Shown here piece by piece: positions 1-9,747 of a DNA stretch of 64,000 bases. Within the stretch, counting starts at the first letter, position 1. Each line of letters starts with the position of its first letter. The DNA is taken from the NCBI GenBank assembly GCA_902613995.1, contig CACMJG010000002.1:74922-138921 (forward strand). The letters run 5' to 3'. A program made the translations under genes and the position numbers. The DNA comes from an uncultured Alphaproteobacteria bacterium. GTDB taxonomy: Bacteria > Pseudomonadota > Alphaproteobacteria > Methylaequorales > Methylaequoraceae. Under the pieces are notes generated by a model, which had not been told where the DNA came from, made no database searches, and saw only the letters and a list, made by a program, of their open reading frames with translations.

Positions 1-217
1 CCTCTTTCTTGAGACGGACTGATTTGTAAAATCAATAATTTTGCCAATGTCCACGTGTTTGCATGGAGTTTTAATATCTGGAATGCTACTTAAAGTTGAG
101 ATGTGTGTCCATCCGATTTTTTTGTCATTAAACTTTATCGGAAGATACTCTGAAAGATCATAATCGTTAATCTGTCTGAGTATATGAATTGCTAAATCTA
201 AAGTTTTTTTTTACTCA

Positions 218-2197
218 TTAATGTGCCTCTTTAATGATTTGAGTTATTCGTTTCATTATTTCTTCAATTTTAAAATCCTTTGGTGTAAAAACCTCTTTTA
301 TGCCAAAAGACTTTAATTTTCTTTCATCAGAGGGAGGAATAATTCCTCCTACAATTACAGGTATTCTTGAAAAGTTATTCCTTTTTAAAAGATTCATGAT
401 AACTTTAACTAGATGAACATGTGATCCAGAGAGTATTGATAAACCAATTATGTGAACTCCTTCTTCTATTGCAGCAACTACGAGTTGCTCGGGTGTTGAT
501 CTTATTCCGTCATAAACTACTTCCAAGCCAATATCTCGTGCTCTAACTGCTATTTGTTCAGCACCATTAGAGTGCCCGTCTAAACCAGGTTTGCCGACCA
601 GCATCTTAGGACGTCTTTTAAGTTTGGAAGTTATTTTGTTAATTTCTTTTTGAATTTGATGTATATCGGAGTCGTCCGACCTGGCTTTCGAGATATGAGA
701 CGAAACTATTCCTGTTGGAGCTCTATATTCTCCAAACACTTCTCTCATAACATTAGACCATTCTCCGGTTGTTACCCCTTGATGAGCGCAATCGATAGAA
801 ACTTTCATAATATTTCCCCCCTCAGTGGCAATTTCCTTCAACTTTTTAAGGCATAAGACGGCTTTTTTATTATTTCTTTTTTCTTTCCAATTTTTTACAT
901 TATTGATTTGAGTCCTCTCAGCTTCATCATTCACCTTCATAAATCCACCATCTTTTTCATTTACTAAAGGTGAAATTTCTCCTTCTGCAAAACAGTTGAC
1001 ACCGACAACTTTTTGTTCGCCTTGCTCTATATTCTTCTGTCTATTTGTTTGCGATTCAACAAGTTGACTTTTCAAATAACCATTTTCAATTGCTGGAATC
1101 AATCCTCCAATTTTATCTATTTTTGATAATTGATCGTGAGCAGATTTTTTCAAATGTTTTATTTTTTCTTTTAATACTTTTGAACCTTCAAAAATATCAG
1201 AAAATTCTAATAAGTCTGTTTCATATGCCATAATTTGCTGTAGTCGAAGACTCCATTGTTGATCCCATGGTCTAGGAAGACCAAGAGCTTCATTCCACGC
1301 TGGAAGTTGAACGGCTCTTGCTCTAGAATTTTTAGCAATTACAACCGGAAGCATTTGGATTAAAATTCTGTAAACATTATTCTCAGGTTGTAATTCAGTT
1401 AACCCAAGAGAGTTAACTTGCATACCATACCTAAATCTTCTGTATTTTGGATCTGAAATCTTAAACCTTTTGGAACATATTTCATCCCAAAGTTCAGTGA
1501 AAGATGCCATTTTTGCAGTTTCAGTTACGAATCGCATTCCTGAGTTAACAAAAAAACTTATTCTTCCTACAATCTTTTCAAAAAGAGGTTTCTTAATTTT
1601 TTCAGAATTATGTAAATATTCTAAAACTCCAATTGCTGTAGCCAAAGCAAAGGAGAGTTCTTGCTCGGGTGTTGCTCCTGCTTCCTGAAGGTGATACGAA
1701 CAAATATTGATGGGGTTCCATTTAGGTATTTCACTGGTTGTGTATTTAATAATATCAGTGGTTAACTTTAAACTAGGTTCAGGAGGAAAAATGTAAGTAC
1801 CTCTTGAAAGATATTCTTTTGTAATATCATTTTGTGTAGTGCCAGCAAGATGCTTCTTGTCAACCCCTTGTTTCTCAGCTGTAGCAATATATAAGGCTAG
1901 TAACCAAGGAGCTGGAGCATTAATAGTCATTGAAGTGTTCATTTTTTCCAAGGGAATTTTGTTAAAAAGAGTTTGCATATTTCCAATGTGGCTGATTGGG
2001 ACTCCTACTTTACCAACCTCACCTTTTGAAAGAATATGATCTGAATCATATCCGGTTTGTGTGGGTAAATCGAAAGCAACTGATAAACCTGTTTGACCTT
2101 TTTTTAAATTTTCTCTGTAAAGTCTGTTAGAGGCTTCTGCTGAAGAGTGACCAGCATAAGTTCTTATCATCCATGGCTTATCTTTAACTTTATTCAT
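218..2197 (-). CDS. ecm: Ethylmalonyl-CoA mutase. It is a single-chain adenosylcobalamin-dependent acyl-CoA mutase, with an N-terminal catalytic barrel and a C-terminal B12-binding domain.
   Basis: N-terminus DKPWMIRTYAGHSSAEASNRLYRENLKKGQTGLSVAFDLPTQTGYDSDH matches MeaA/Ecm-type mutases. The C-terminal Rossmann-like B12 domain carries GHSNGAEQIAVRARDIGLEVV. It lies divergent from ccr. The likely start is the second Met, MNKVKDKPW; the ORF track begins 12 codons earlier. Confidence 0.8.
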   Translation of the reverse strand: MNKVKDKPWMIRTYAGHSSAEASNRLYRENLKKGQTGLSVAFDLPTQTGYDSDHILSKGEVGKVGVPISHIGNMQTLFNKIPLEKMNTSMTINAPAPWLLALYIATAEKQGVDKKHLAGTTQNDITKEYLSRGTYIFPPEPSLKLTTDIIKYTTSEIPKWNPINICSYHLQEAGATPEQELSFALATAIGVLEYLHNSEKIKKPLFEKIVGRISFFVNSGMRFVTETAKMASFTELWDEICSKRFKISDPKYRRFRYGMQVNSLGLTELQPENNVYRILIQMLPVVIAKNSRARAVQLPAWNEALGLPRPWDQQWSLRLQQIMAYETDLLEFSDIFEGSKVLKEKIKHLKKSAHDQLSKIDKIGGLIPAIENGYLKSQLVESQTNRQKNIEQGEQKVVGVNCFAEGEISPLVNEKDGGFMKVNDEAERTQINNVKNWKEKRNNKKAVLCLKKLKEIATEGGNIMKVSIDCAHQGVTTGEWSNVMREVFGEYRAPTGIVSSHISKARSDDSDIHQIQKEINKITSKLKRRPKMLVGKPGLDGHSNGAEQIAVRARDIGLEVVYDGIRSTPEQLVVAAIEEGVHIIGLSILSGSHVHLVKVIMNLLKRNNFSRIPVIVGGIIPPSDERKLKSFGIKEVFTPKDFKIEEIMKRITQIIKEAH

Positions 2198-2297
2198 TTT
2201 TAACTTAAATAATATTATTTTTAATACTAACAAGAAATTTCATTTATTTTTTAATTTTTAGTGGTATAAATCATTTTAAAGTATCACAGGAACCATT

Positions 2298-3527
2298 ATG
2301 ACTGCAAAGAAAATTTATGAGATTGGTGAAATTCCAAGTCTGGGCGAAGTGCCCGAAGAAATGTACGCGTGGGTTATAAGAGAGGATAGATTAGGTTTTC
2401 CAGAGGACGCCATGCAAATTGAGAAGATGCCAGTTCAAAAACCTGGTAAAGACGAAGTTCTTGTGATGGTTATGGCAGTTGGAATAAATTACAACAATGT
2501 TTGGGCATCCCAAGGTATTCCAATATCAGTTATTGGAAAAGATACAGGATACCATATCGGAGGTTCAGACGCATCTGGTATTGTTTGGGCAGTCGGGGAA
2601 AATGTGAAAAGATGGAAAGTTGGTGATGAGGTTATTATTCATTGTAATAGAGACGATGGGGACGACGAAGAATGTAATGGAGGAGAACCAATGTATTCAA
2701 AATCTCAGAGGATTTGGGGGTACGAAACTAATGATGGCTCTTTTGCACAGTTTACAACAGTTCAATCAAGACAACTACTAAAAAAACCTGAGCATCTTTC
2801 ATGGGAAGAAAGCGGTTGTTACACCTTAACATTAGCAACCTCTTTCAGAATGCTTTTTGGCCACCCACCTCATGATTTAAAACCTGGTATGAATGTTTTG
2901 GTTTGGGGAGCCTCAGGGGGAATTGGCAGCATGGCCGTCCAGATATGTAAGGCGGTCGGTGCAAATGCAATAGGTATCATTTCAGATGACGAAAAAATCC
3001 CATTTGTTAAAGAACTTGGTGCAGTTGGAGTGCTGAACAGAAAAAATTATAATTGTTTTGGACAACTTCCAGATGTCAAAGATCAATCTGAATATTCTAA
3101 TTTCATAAAAAATTGTAGAGTTTTAGGAAAAGACATTTGGGAAATCACTGGAAAAAAAGATGTAGATATAGTTTTTGAACATCCTGGAGAATCAACCTTT
3201 CCAGTTTCCTGTTATTTGGTAAAGACTGGAGGGATGGTTGTAATTTGTGCTGGAACATCAGGGTATAACTTAACAATGGATGCGCGATATGTTTGGATGA
3301 GACAAAAAAGAATTCAAGGCAGTCATTTTGCAAACTTGTTTCAAGCCAAACAAGCAAATGACATGATGATAAACAGGTTAATAAAACCTTTAATGTCTGA
3401 GTGTTTCAAATGGAGCGAAATCCCGGTGGCTCATACTAAGATGATGAACAATAAACATCTTCCTGGTAATATGGCGGCTTTAGTTCAAGCAAAAAAGACT
3501 GGAATGAAAAGCTTTAATGAATTATAA
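2298..3527 (+). CDS. ccr: Crotonyl-CoA carboxylase/reductase.
   Basis: IYEIGEIPSLGEVPEEMYAWVIRED...VMAVGINYNNVWA...GSDASGIVWAVGENVKRWKVGDEVIIHCN are hallmark Ccr motifs. The protein is 409 aa, MDR family. Confidence 0.85.
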   Translation: MTAKKIYEIGEIPSLGEVPEEMYAWVIREDRLGFPEDAMQIEKMPVQKPGKDEVLVMVMAVGINYNNVWASQGIPISVIGKDTGYHIGGSDASGIVWAVGENVKRWKVGDEVIIHCNRDDGDDEECNGGEPMYSKSQRIWGYETNDGSFAQFTTVQSRQLLKKPEHLSWEESGCYTLTLATSFRMLFGHPPHDLKPGMNVLVWGASGGIGSMAVQICKAVGANAIGIISDDEKIPFVKELGAVGVLNRKNYNCFGQLPDVKDQSEYSNFIKNCRVLGKDIWEITGKKDVDIVFEHPGESTFPVSCYLVKTGGMVVICAGTSGYNLTMDARYVWMRQKRIQGSHFANLFQAKQANDMMINRLIKPLMSECFKWSEIPVAHTKMMNNKHLPGNMAALVQAKKTGMKSFNEL

Positions 3528-3569
3528 ATATACTTGAATAAGAAATAATAATCATTAAATATAAAGATC

Positions 3570-5255
3570 ATGGATAGTTCAGTTAACATAAATTCAGAAA
3601 TCATTAGTTTTAAAAAATATCTTCTGTCTAACACCGATATATTAAAGGATATTCTAAATAATCTTGAGAAGATTTCATGTAAATCAAGAGAAGCATTTAA
3701 GGCAGTTTTAACGAAAGATAATAGAATCGACAATCAGTTGTTAGAATTAAACCAATCTAAAACACACGGTTTTGCATGGTTTGACACATATAGAATAGGA
3801 TTAAGAGAAACACTTAATTGGTTTACCCGCCTTCACGACGACGAGAAATCTTCAGAAATTGATGCTGCTGTAACACTGTTCGCCTTCGCTGAATATCTAA
3901 CTCAAATGAGGAATGGTATAATGATGAGTCAATCAGAGATAGTCAGACCGTCTGATCTTCATCTAGATGAAACCGATTTTGCATTTATGAATGATGAATC
4001 AGTGAAAGACTTAATAGACATTGGTCTTTCTGATAAGATCAAAACGGTAATTGTTGATTCACTTGATAAAGATATCCACCCTAATCTAGGTCTGAATGAT
4101 GAAACTCTTGATATGATCCAAGATCAATTTAAAAAATTTACAGAGGAAGAAATTCTACCTCATGCCAATGAATGGCACTTAAAAGATGCTTTGATTCCAG
4201 ATGATGTTCTTAAAAAAATGGCTGAGCTAGGAGTATTTAGCATCGCAATACCCGAAAGTTATGGTGGATTAGGAATGGGTAAAGTCGCGATGTGCGTCGT
4301 GACAGAAGAACTTTCAAGAGGTTTTTTAGCTGCGGGATCTTTAGGTACCCGCGCAGAAATTGCAGGTGAGCTAATAAGACTGGGTGGTACAGAAGAACAG
4401 AAAAAAAAATATTTGCCTGAGATCGCCTCAGGTAATATTTTGACAACGGCAGTCTTCACCGAACCAAACACCGGATCAGATCTAGGTAGCCTTTCAACTA
4501 GAGCTCAGCCTCAGGGAGATGATTACATCATAAATGGAAACAAAACTTGGATAACCCATGGTGCTAGATCAGATTTAATGACAGTCCTTGCTAGAACAGA
4601 CATGAACCAGAAAGGCTATAAAGGGCTCAGCATGTTTTTAGTGGAAAAGCCGAGAGGAAATTGTGAAAAACCTTTTCCTATGGAAGGAATGTCAGGAAGT
4701 GAAATCGAAGTCTTAGGTTACAGAGGAATGAAAGAATATGAGATAGCTCTTGAAGATATTAAAGTAAGCAAGAAAGATCTTTTAGGTGAACAAGAAGGTA
4801 ATGGATTTAAACAACTCATGGAAACTTTTGAATCTGCCAGAATTCAGACAGCCGCTAGAGCTGTGGGAGTTGCACAAAACGCCCTTGAGCTAGGCTTACA
4901 GTATGCGAAAGATAGAAGTCAATTCGGTAAACAAATACTTAAATTTCCTAGAATACTCAATAAGTTAGCTTGGATGGCTATGGAAACAACTGTTGCTCGA
5001 CAAATAACATTATTTTCTGCTAGAGAAAAAGACAATGATATTAGATGCGATATTGAGGCAGGTATGGCTAAACTTCTTGCTGCGAGAGTTGCATGGAGCA
5101 ACGCTGATAGCGCTCTTCAAATTCATGGTGGAAATGGTTATGCACTTGAGTATCCAATCAGTAGAGTTTTATGCGATTCAAGAATCCTTAATATTTTTGA
5201 AGGGGCCGCGGAAATTCAGGCTCAAATTGTTGTAAAAGGTTTGTTAGCCCGATAA
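3570..5255 (+). CDS. mcd: (2S)-methylsuccinyl-CoA dehydrogenase. It is an acyl-CoA dehydrogenase with a ~170-aa N-terminal extension.
   Basis: The 561-aa ACAD carries MAELGVFSIAIPESYGGLGMG, a C-terminal ACAD helical domain and a long N-terminal extension typical of Mcd. It sits with ccr/ecm/etfAB. Confidence 0.7.
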   Translation: MDSSVNINSEIISFKKYLLSNTDILKDILNNLEKISCKSREAFKAVLTKDNRIDNQLLELNQSKTHGFAWFDTYRIGLRETLNWFTRLHDDEKSSEIDAAVTLFAFAEYLTQMRNGIMMSQSEIVRPSDLHLDETDFAFMNDESVKDLIDIGLSDKIKTVIVDSLDKDIHPNLGLNDETLDMIQDQFKKFTEEEILPHANEWHLKDALIPDDVLKKMAELGVFSIAIPESYGGLGMGKVAMCVVTEELSRGFLAAGSLGTRAEIAGELIRLGGTEEQKKKYLPEIASGNILTTAVFTEPNTGSDLGSLSTRAQPQGDDYIINGNKTWITHGARSDLMTVLARTDMNQKGYKGLSMFLVEKPRGNCEKPFPMEGMSGSEIEVLGYRGMKEYEIALEDIKVSKKDLLGEQEGNGFKQLMETFESARIQTAARAVGVAQNALELGLQYAKDRSQFGKQILKFPRILNKLAWMAMETTVARQITLFSAREKDNDIRCDIEAGMAKLLAARVAWSNADSALQIHGGNGYALEYPISRVLCDSRILNIFEGAAEIQAQIVVKGLLAR

Positions 5256-5446
5256 TGGAATCCTTTCTAAACTTCATAATAGTAATATGTCTAATCACAA
5301 CATTTCTTGTACTTCTGATTGGACTCTTTCATACAGCTAGATCCAACGAGGAAAATAATAAGATCAATTTATTCATGAGGTACAGAGTAGCGATACAATT
5401 TGTGACACTTACAATTTTAACGGTCGCCCTTTTCTTAAAATCTTAG
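5255..5446 (+). CDS. Small twin-transmembrane protein, a HIG1-domain-like micro-protein.
   Basis: The 63-aa product has two predicted TM helices. RYRVAIQ resembles the HIG1 RxRxxxQ motif. Its ATG overlaps the mcd stop (TAATG), and its stop overlaps the SD (AGGAGA) of the next gene. Confidence 0.45.
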   Translation: MESFLNFIIVICLITTFLVLLIGLFHTARSNEENNKINLFMRYRVAIQFVTLTILTVALFLKS

Positions 5447-5454
5447 GAGACAAA

Positions 5455-6003
5455 TTGGTTAAGCTTGATAAAATTTATACTCGAGGAGGGGATAAAGGTT
5501 TAACGAGTCTTGGTGATGGTTCAAGAGTCCAGAAGAGCAACATAAGAATAAAAGCATACGGTGACATAGATGAAGCAAACTCATCATTAGGAATATGTGT
5601 ATTCTTATCCAATAAAGATTTAAAAAAAATACTGCTTGAGATTCAAAACCATCTTTTTGATATCGGGGCAGACTTGTGTTTTCCTGAAAATTCAAAAAGA
5701 CATGTCACAATATCAAGTGATAAAATTAATTTTCTTGAAAATGAAATCGACCAAATGAATAAGGAATTAGATAAATTGCAGTCATTTATTCTGCCTGGTG
5801 GAAGTCAACTTTCGTCATTTCTTCATTTATCAAGATCTAATGTCAGAAGAGCAGAAAGATCAATTATAGAATTAAATGATAAAGAAAAAGTAAGTCCCGA
5901 TATAATTAAATATGTAAACAGACTCTCTGATTTTCTTTTTGTAGCTGCTAGGTTTGAGAATAAAAAAGATGGTGATATACTTTGGATTCCAAATAAAAAT
6001 TAA
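5455..6003 (+). CDS. PduO-type ATP:cob(I)alamin adenosyltransferase.
   Basis: N-terminus [14 protein letters not shown]...[17 protein letters not shown] is the canonical MMAB/PduO motif. It has a TTG start with AGGAGA SD 5 nt upstream. Confidence 0.8.
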   Translation: MVKLDKIYTRGGDKGLTSLGDGSRVQKSNIRIKAYGDIDEANSSLGICVFLSNKDLKKILLEIQNHLFDIGADLCFPENSKRHVTISSDKINFLENEIDQMNKELDKLQSFILPGGSQLSSFLHLSRSNVRRAERSIIELNDKEKVSPDIIKYVNRLSDFLFVAARFENKKDGDILWIPNKN

Positions 6004-6017
6004 TTAAGGAAAAGGTT

Positions 6018-6773
6018 ATGAAAGCATTAGTTTGTGTAAAAAGAGTTATCGATTATAATGTTAGAATAAGAGTAAAATCTGATAAATCAGGTGTAGAAAC
6101 TGACAATGTCAAGATGTCTATGAATCCATTCGATGAGATCGCAGTAGAAGAAGCAGTTAGAATGAAGGAGAAAAGTCAAATTCAAGAAATAGTCATTCTA
6201 TCAATAGGAACTGACAAATCTCAAGAAACAATTAGATCCGGACTTGCAATGGGTGGTGACAGAGGTATTTTAGTAAAAACAGATAAAGAACAACTAGAAC
6301 CTCTGACTGTAGGAAAAATAATTAAAGCCGTTTCTGATAGAGAGAAGCCAGATCTCATTATATTAGGCAAACAAGCCATAGACGATGATTGCAATCAAAC
6401 AGGTCAAATCGTAGCCACATTATTAGAAATTCCCCAAGCAACCTTTGCTTCAGAATTAAAAAAAAATGATGACAACACTCTCGAAGTTACAAGAGAGGTT
6501 GATGGTGGACTAGAAACTGTAAAAGTCAATATTCCTTGTGTTGTAACAACAGATTTACGTTTAAATGAACCTAGATATGCATCTTTACCTAATATTATGA
6601 AAGCTAAACAAAAAAAAATTGATGTTCTTGAAATTGGAAGTTTTGGTGTAGATATTAAAGATAGACTACAAGTTTTGGAGGTAAATGAACCTCCGGAGAG
6701 AAAACCAGGTATCAAGGTTGATGACGTGGAAGCACTTGTAAATAAACTTAAAAATGAGGCAAAAGTATTATGA
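6018..6773 (+). CDS. etfB: Electron transfer flavoprotein, beta subunit.
   Basis: [19 protein letters not shown]...[18 protein letters not shown] is the typical EtfB N-terminus. A GGA-rich SD lies upstream. Confidence 0.9.
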   Translation: MKALVCVKRVIDYNVRIRVKSDKSGVETDNVKMSMNPFDEIAVEEAVRMKEKSQIQEIVILSIGTDKSQETIRSGLAMGGDRGILVKTDKEQLEPLTVGKIIKAVSDREKPDLIILGKQAIDDDCNQTGQIVATLLEIPQATFASELKKNDDNTLEVTREVDGGLETVKVNIPCVVTTDLRLNEPRYASLPNIMKAKQKKIDVLEIGSFGVDIKDRLQVLEVNEPPERKPGIKVDDVEALVNKLKNEAKVL

Positions 6774-7705
6774 AAGTTTTAGTAATAATTGAGCATGATA
6801 ATGAAACTGTAAAACAATCGAGTTTCTCAACTATAACTGCTGCTAAAGAAATAAGTGATTCAGTTGAGGCAATAGTTCTTGGTCAAGGTTTGGATTCAGT
6901 GATAAACGAATTAAAAAAGTCTGATCATCTTAAAAAAATTTATAAGATAGATAATGAGTTATTTAAAAATCCATTGGCTGAAAATTTATCCAATGCAATT
7001 CAAAAGTTTGCTGAAGGTTCCGATTACACGCACATACTCTCTCCATCGAGCACATTTGGAAAAAATATGTCTCCAAAACTGTCAGCTCTAATGGATGTTC
7101 AACAGATCTCTGATATTACTAAAATTATAAGCGACGATACTTTTGAAAGACCAATTTATGCAGGTAATGCTATTGCAAAAGTAAAGTCCAGTGATCAGAT
7201 AAAAGTCATCACTGTTCGATCTACATGTTTTGAACCATGTGCTTTAAACTCAAGTGTTGATGTCGAAAGTTTAACAGTGAATCTAGATAAAAATAACTCA
7301 GTTAGTTTTGTAAGTTATGATAAATCTAAGTCAGATCGTCCAGAATTAACAAGTGCTAAAATAGTGATATCAGGCGGAAGAGGTATGCAAAATGGAGAAA
7401 ACTTTAGACTATTAGAGGGTATAGCAGACAAACTAGGTGCTGCCATGGGCGCAAGTAGAGCGGCTGTCGATGCTGGTTTTGTTCCGAATGATTGGCAAGT
7501 TGGTCAAACCGGAAAAATAGTGGCACCAGATTTGTACATAGCTGTTGGAATTTCTGGAGCAATACAACATATTGCTGGGATAAAAGATTCAAAATTTATA
7601 GCCTGTATTAACAAGGATGAGGAAGCTCCAATTTTTAACTTTTCTGATTATGGTCTAGTTGGCGATCTTTTTGAACTTCTACCAAAGTTAGAGGAAAAAT
7701 TATAA
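6770..7705 (+). CDS. etfA: Electron transfer flavoprotein, alpha subunit.
   Basis: C-terminal FAD-binding region IVISGGRGM...[15 protein letters not shown]. It overlaps etfB by 4 nt. Confidence 0.9.
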   Translation: MKVLVIIEHDNETVKQSSFSTITAAKEISDSVEAIVLGQGLDSVINELKKSDHLKKIYKIDNELFKNPLAENLSNAIQKFAEGSDYTHILSPSSTFGKNMSPKLSALMDVQQISDITKIISDDTFERPIYAGNAIAKVKSSDQIKVITVRSTCFEPCALNSSVDVESLTVNLDKNNSVSFVSYDKSKSDRPELTSAKIVISGGRGMQNGENFRLLEGIADKLGAAMGASRAAVDAGFVPNDWQVGQTGKIVAPDLYIAVGISGAIQHIAGIKDSKFIACINKDEEAPIFNFSDYGLVGDLFELLPKLEEKL

Positions 7706-8215
7706 TAGTCTTTCAAGTTCGGTGAGAAGCTCTTTGTTTAACCAATCAATGTAACCCTCTACCCTTGACAGTTCATATGGCCCCTTTGTGATAATTAAAG
7801 TGGTTGGCATTACTTTAACCTCTAGTTCTTTTGTTAAATTAAGCTTTTTATCAATATATGTTTGAAAATTTTCTAACTCGTTTTTTTTTAAGAATTTAGG
7901 CACAACTTTTGAAGGATTTGCATCAACTGAAACAAAAATAATTTCAATGTCCCTTTGAAATCTTTTTTCTAAATTTAATAGATCCGGGATTTCCTTGATA
8001 CATGGTGGACACCACGTAGCCCAAAAGTTCACTAAAATTAGTTTTTTTTTATTTAATTTATTAGCAACTTCAACCTTTTTACCATCCACGGTTTCTAAAT
8101 CAAAAAAATTAATTTTTTTAGCTGGATTGTGTAATAATAGTTGATTGTTCTCATATGAATAAGATAAATTTGAAATAACTAAAGAAATAATAAAAATAAA
8201 AAACTTCATGTGCAT
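7700..8215 (-). CDS. Thioredoxin-fold thiol:disulfide oxidoreductase of the TlpA/ResA/DsbE family, with a signal peptide.
   Basis: WATWCPPC active-site motif and an N-terminal hydrophobic signal sequence. Confidence 0.75.
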   Translation of the reverse strand: MHMKFFIFIISLVISNLSYSYENNQLLLHNPAKKINFFDLETVDGKKVEVANKLNKKKLILVNFWATWCPPCIKEIPDLLNLEKRFQRDIEIIFVSVDANPSKVVPKFLKKNELENFQTYIDKKLNLTKELEVKVMPTTLIITKGPYELSRVEGYIDWLNKELLTELERLL

Positions 8216-8227
8216 ATTATAACATAG

Positions 8228-9616
8228 ATGAAAAAAACGACAAATTTAGTTTGGGGTGGAAGGTTCGAGTACGATTCTTCAGATATTTTAAAAAGAATTA
8301 ATAATTCAATAAGTTTTGATTATAACTTGGCCCATCAGGATATAAAACTAAATAAACAATACGCTAAATCCTTATTTAAAGCAAAAATACTAAGTGTGGA
8401 GGAGTTAAAAAAAATAAATGTTGCATTGGATGATATAAACCAAGAAGTAAAAAAAAAAAAATTTAAGTTTTCCGATGATTTTGAAGATATTCATATGAAT
8501 ATTGAAATGGCACTAAGAAAAAAAGTAGGAAGGTTAGCTGGAAAGCTTCATACTGGAAAATCAAGAAACGACCAAGTTGTCACAGATGTAAAGATGTGGA
8601 CAAAAGAAAAAATAAAAAATGTAATAGATAAGATAAAAAAAATTCAAAAAACAATTATTAAAAAATCGGAGTCTAATCTTGATGTCATAATGCCAGGTTT
8701 TACGCATTCTCAAAATGCTCAACCAATTTTATACGCGCATTATCTATTATCTTTTTTTGAAATGTTTGAAAGAGACAAAAAAAGAGCAAAACAGCTTTTA
8801 GAAAACATTAATGAGTGTCCTCTAGGATCTGGAGCATTAGCTGGTACAAACTTTTATGAAATTGATAGGAAAGCTCTCGCTAAAAATCTAGGCTTTAAAA
8901 AACCGACTGAAAATTCTTTAGATAGTGTCTCCGATAGAGATTTTGTGATAGAGTTCTTATGCTTGTTATCGATCTTAAGTATGCATTTTTCAAGGATATC
9001 AGAAGACTTCATAATATGGTCAGGAAGTGCCTATGATTTTTTAAAATTTCCTGATAATTTGTGTACAGGGTCCTCAATTATGCCACAAAAAAAGAATCCA
9101 GATGCAGCCGAGCTTGTTAGATCAAAATGTGGAAGAATATATTCATCACTATTAAATTTACTTATTATACAAAAAGGTCTTCCAAGTGGTTACAGTAAGG
9201 ATCTTCAAGAAGATAAGGAACCATTATTTGATGCCTTCAGAACTATTGACTTACTACTAGATATTGTTAATGAAATGATAGATTCAGTAACAATAAATAA
9301 GATTAAAATGTATGATCTTTCAAAAAAGGGTTACATGACTGCAACGGATCTTGCTGATTGGATTGTGAAAAAAACGAACTATACTTTTAGAGAAGCTCAT
9401 AACATAACAGGTAAGATTGTGTTGATGGCGGAAAAGAAAAAAAAAGAATTGAGTGAGTTAACGTTACAAGAATTTAAACTTGTAGAACCCAAAATAAGTA
9501 AAGATATATTCAACTATGTATCCTTAGAAAATTCGGTTTCTAGTAAAAATTCATATGGTGGTACGAATATTAACCAAGTTTTAAAGGCAATTAAAAGAGC
9601 CAAAAAAAAAATCTAA
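8228..9616 (+). CDS. argH: Argininosuccinate lyase.
   Basis: LVWGGRFE N-terminus, GKLHTGKSRNDQV and the fumarate-lyase signature GSSIMPQKKNPD. Confidence 0.95.
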   Translation: MKKTTNLVWGGRFEYDSSDILKRINNSISFDYNLAHQDIKLNKQYAKSLFKAKILSVEELKKINVALDDINQEVKKKKFKFSDDFEDIHMNIEMALRKKVGRLAGKLHTGKSRNDQVVTDVKMWTKEKIKNVIDKIKKIQKTIIKKSESNLDVIMPGFTHSQNAQPILYAHYLLSFFEMFERDKKRAKQLLENINECPLGSGALAGTNFYEIDRKALAKNLGFKKPTENSLDSVSDRDFVIEFLCLLSILSMHFSRISEDFIIWSGSAYDFLKFPDNLCTGSSIMPQKKNPDAAELVRSKCGRIYSSLLNLLIIQKGLPSGYSKDLQEDKEPLFDAFRTIDLLLDIVNEMIDSVTINKIKMYDLSKKGYMTATDLADWIVKKTNYTFREAHNITGKIVLMAEKKKKELSELTLQEFKLVEPKISKDIFNYVSLENSVSSKNSYGGTNINQVLKAIKRAKKKI

Positions 9617-9747
9617 TGCAGAACAAATCTTTTATTAAATTAATAATTTTTTTCTGTTTAATATCCTTTATGTCTTGTGGTAAAAAATCCCGTTTAGAAA
9701 GATATCCTGGAAGTGACTATCCAAGAAACTATCCAAATAATGATTAA
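9616..9747 (+). CDS. Small LptM/YifL-like lipoprotein of 43 aa.
   Basis: Signal peptide plus lipobox-like FMSC, followed by CGKKSRLERYP, which resembles the LptM CG(K/Q)KGPLYxP motif. Its ATG overlaps the argH stop (TAATG) and its stop overlaps the lysA ATG. A small lipoprotein between argH and lysA is a conserved alphaproteobacterial arrangement. It is below the ORF-track size cutoff. Confidence 0.5.
   Translation: MQNKSFIKLIIFFCLISFMSCGKKSRLERYPGSDYPRNYPNND

Noticed and set aside
1-212. Open minus-strand frame that runs off the left edge. It ends ...VDIGKIIDFTNQSVSRKR and has only a GTG at 52-54 as a possible start.
   Set aside because: It has no ATG and no recognisable motif in the visible 70 codons. 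It may be the 5' end of a gene extending beyond the window, or just a spacer. It cannot be supported.
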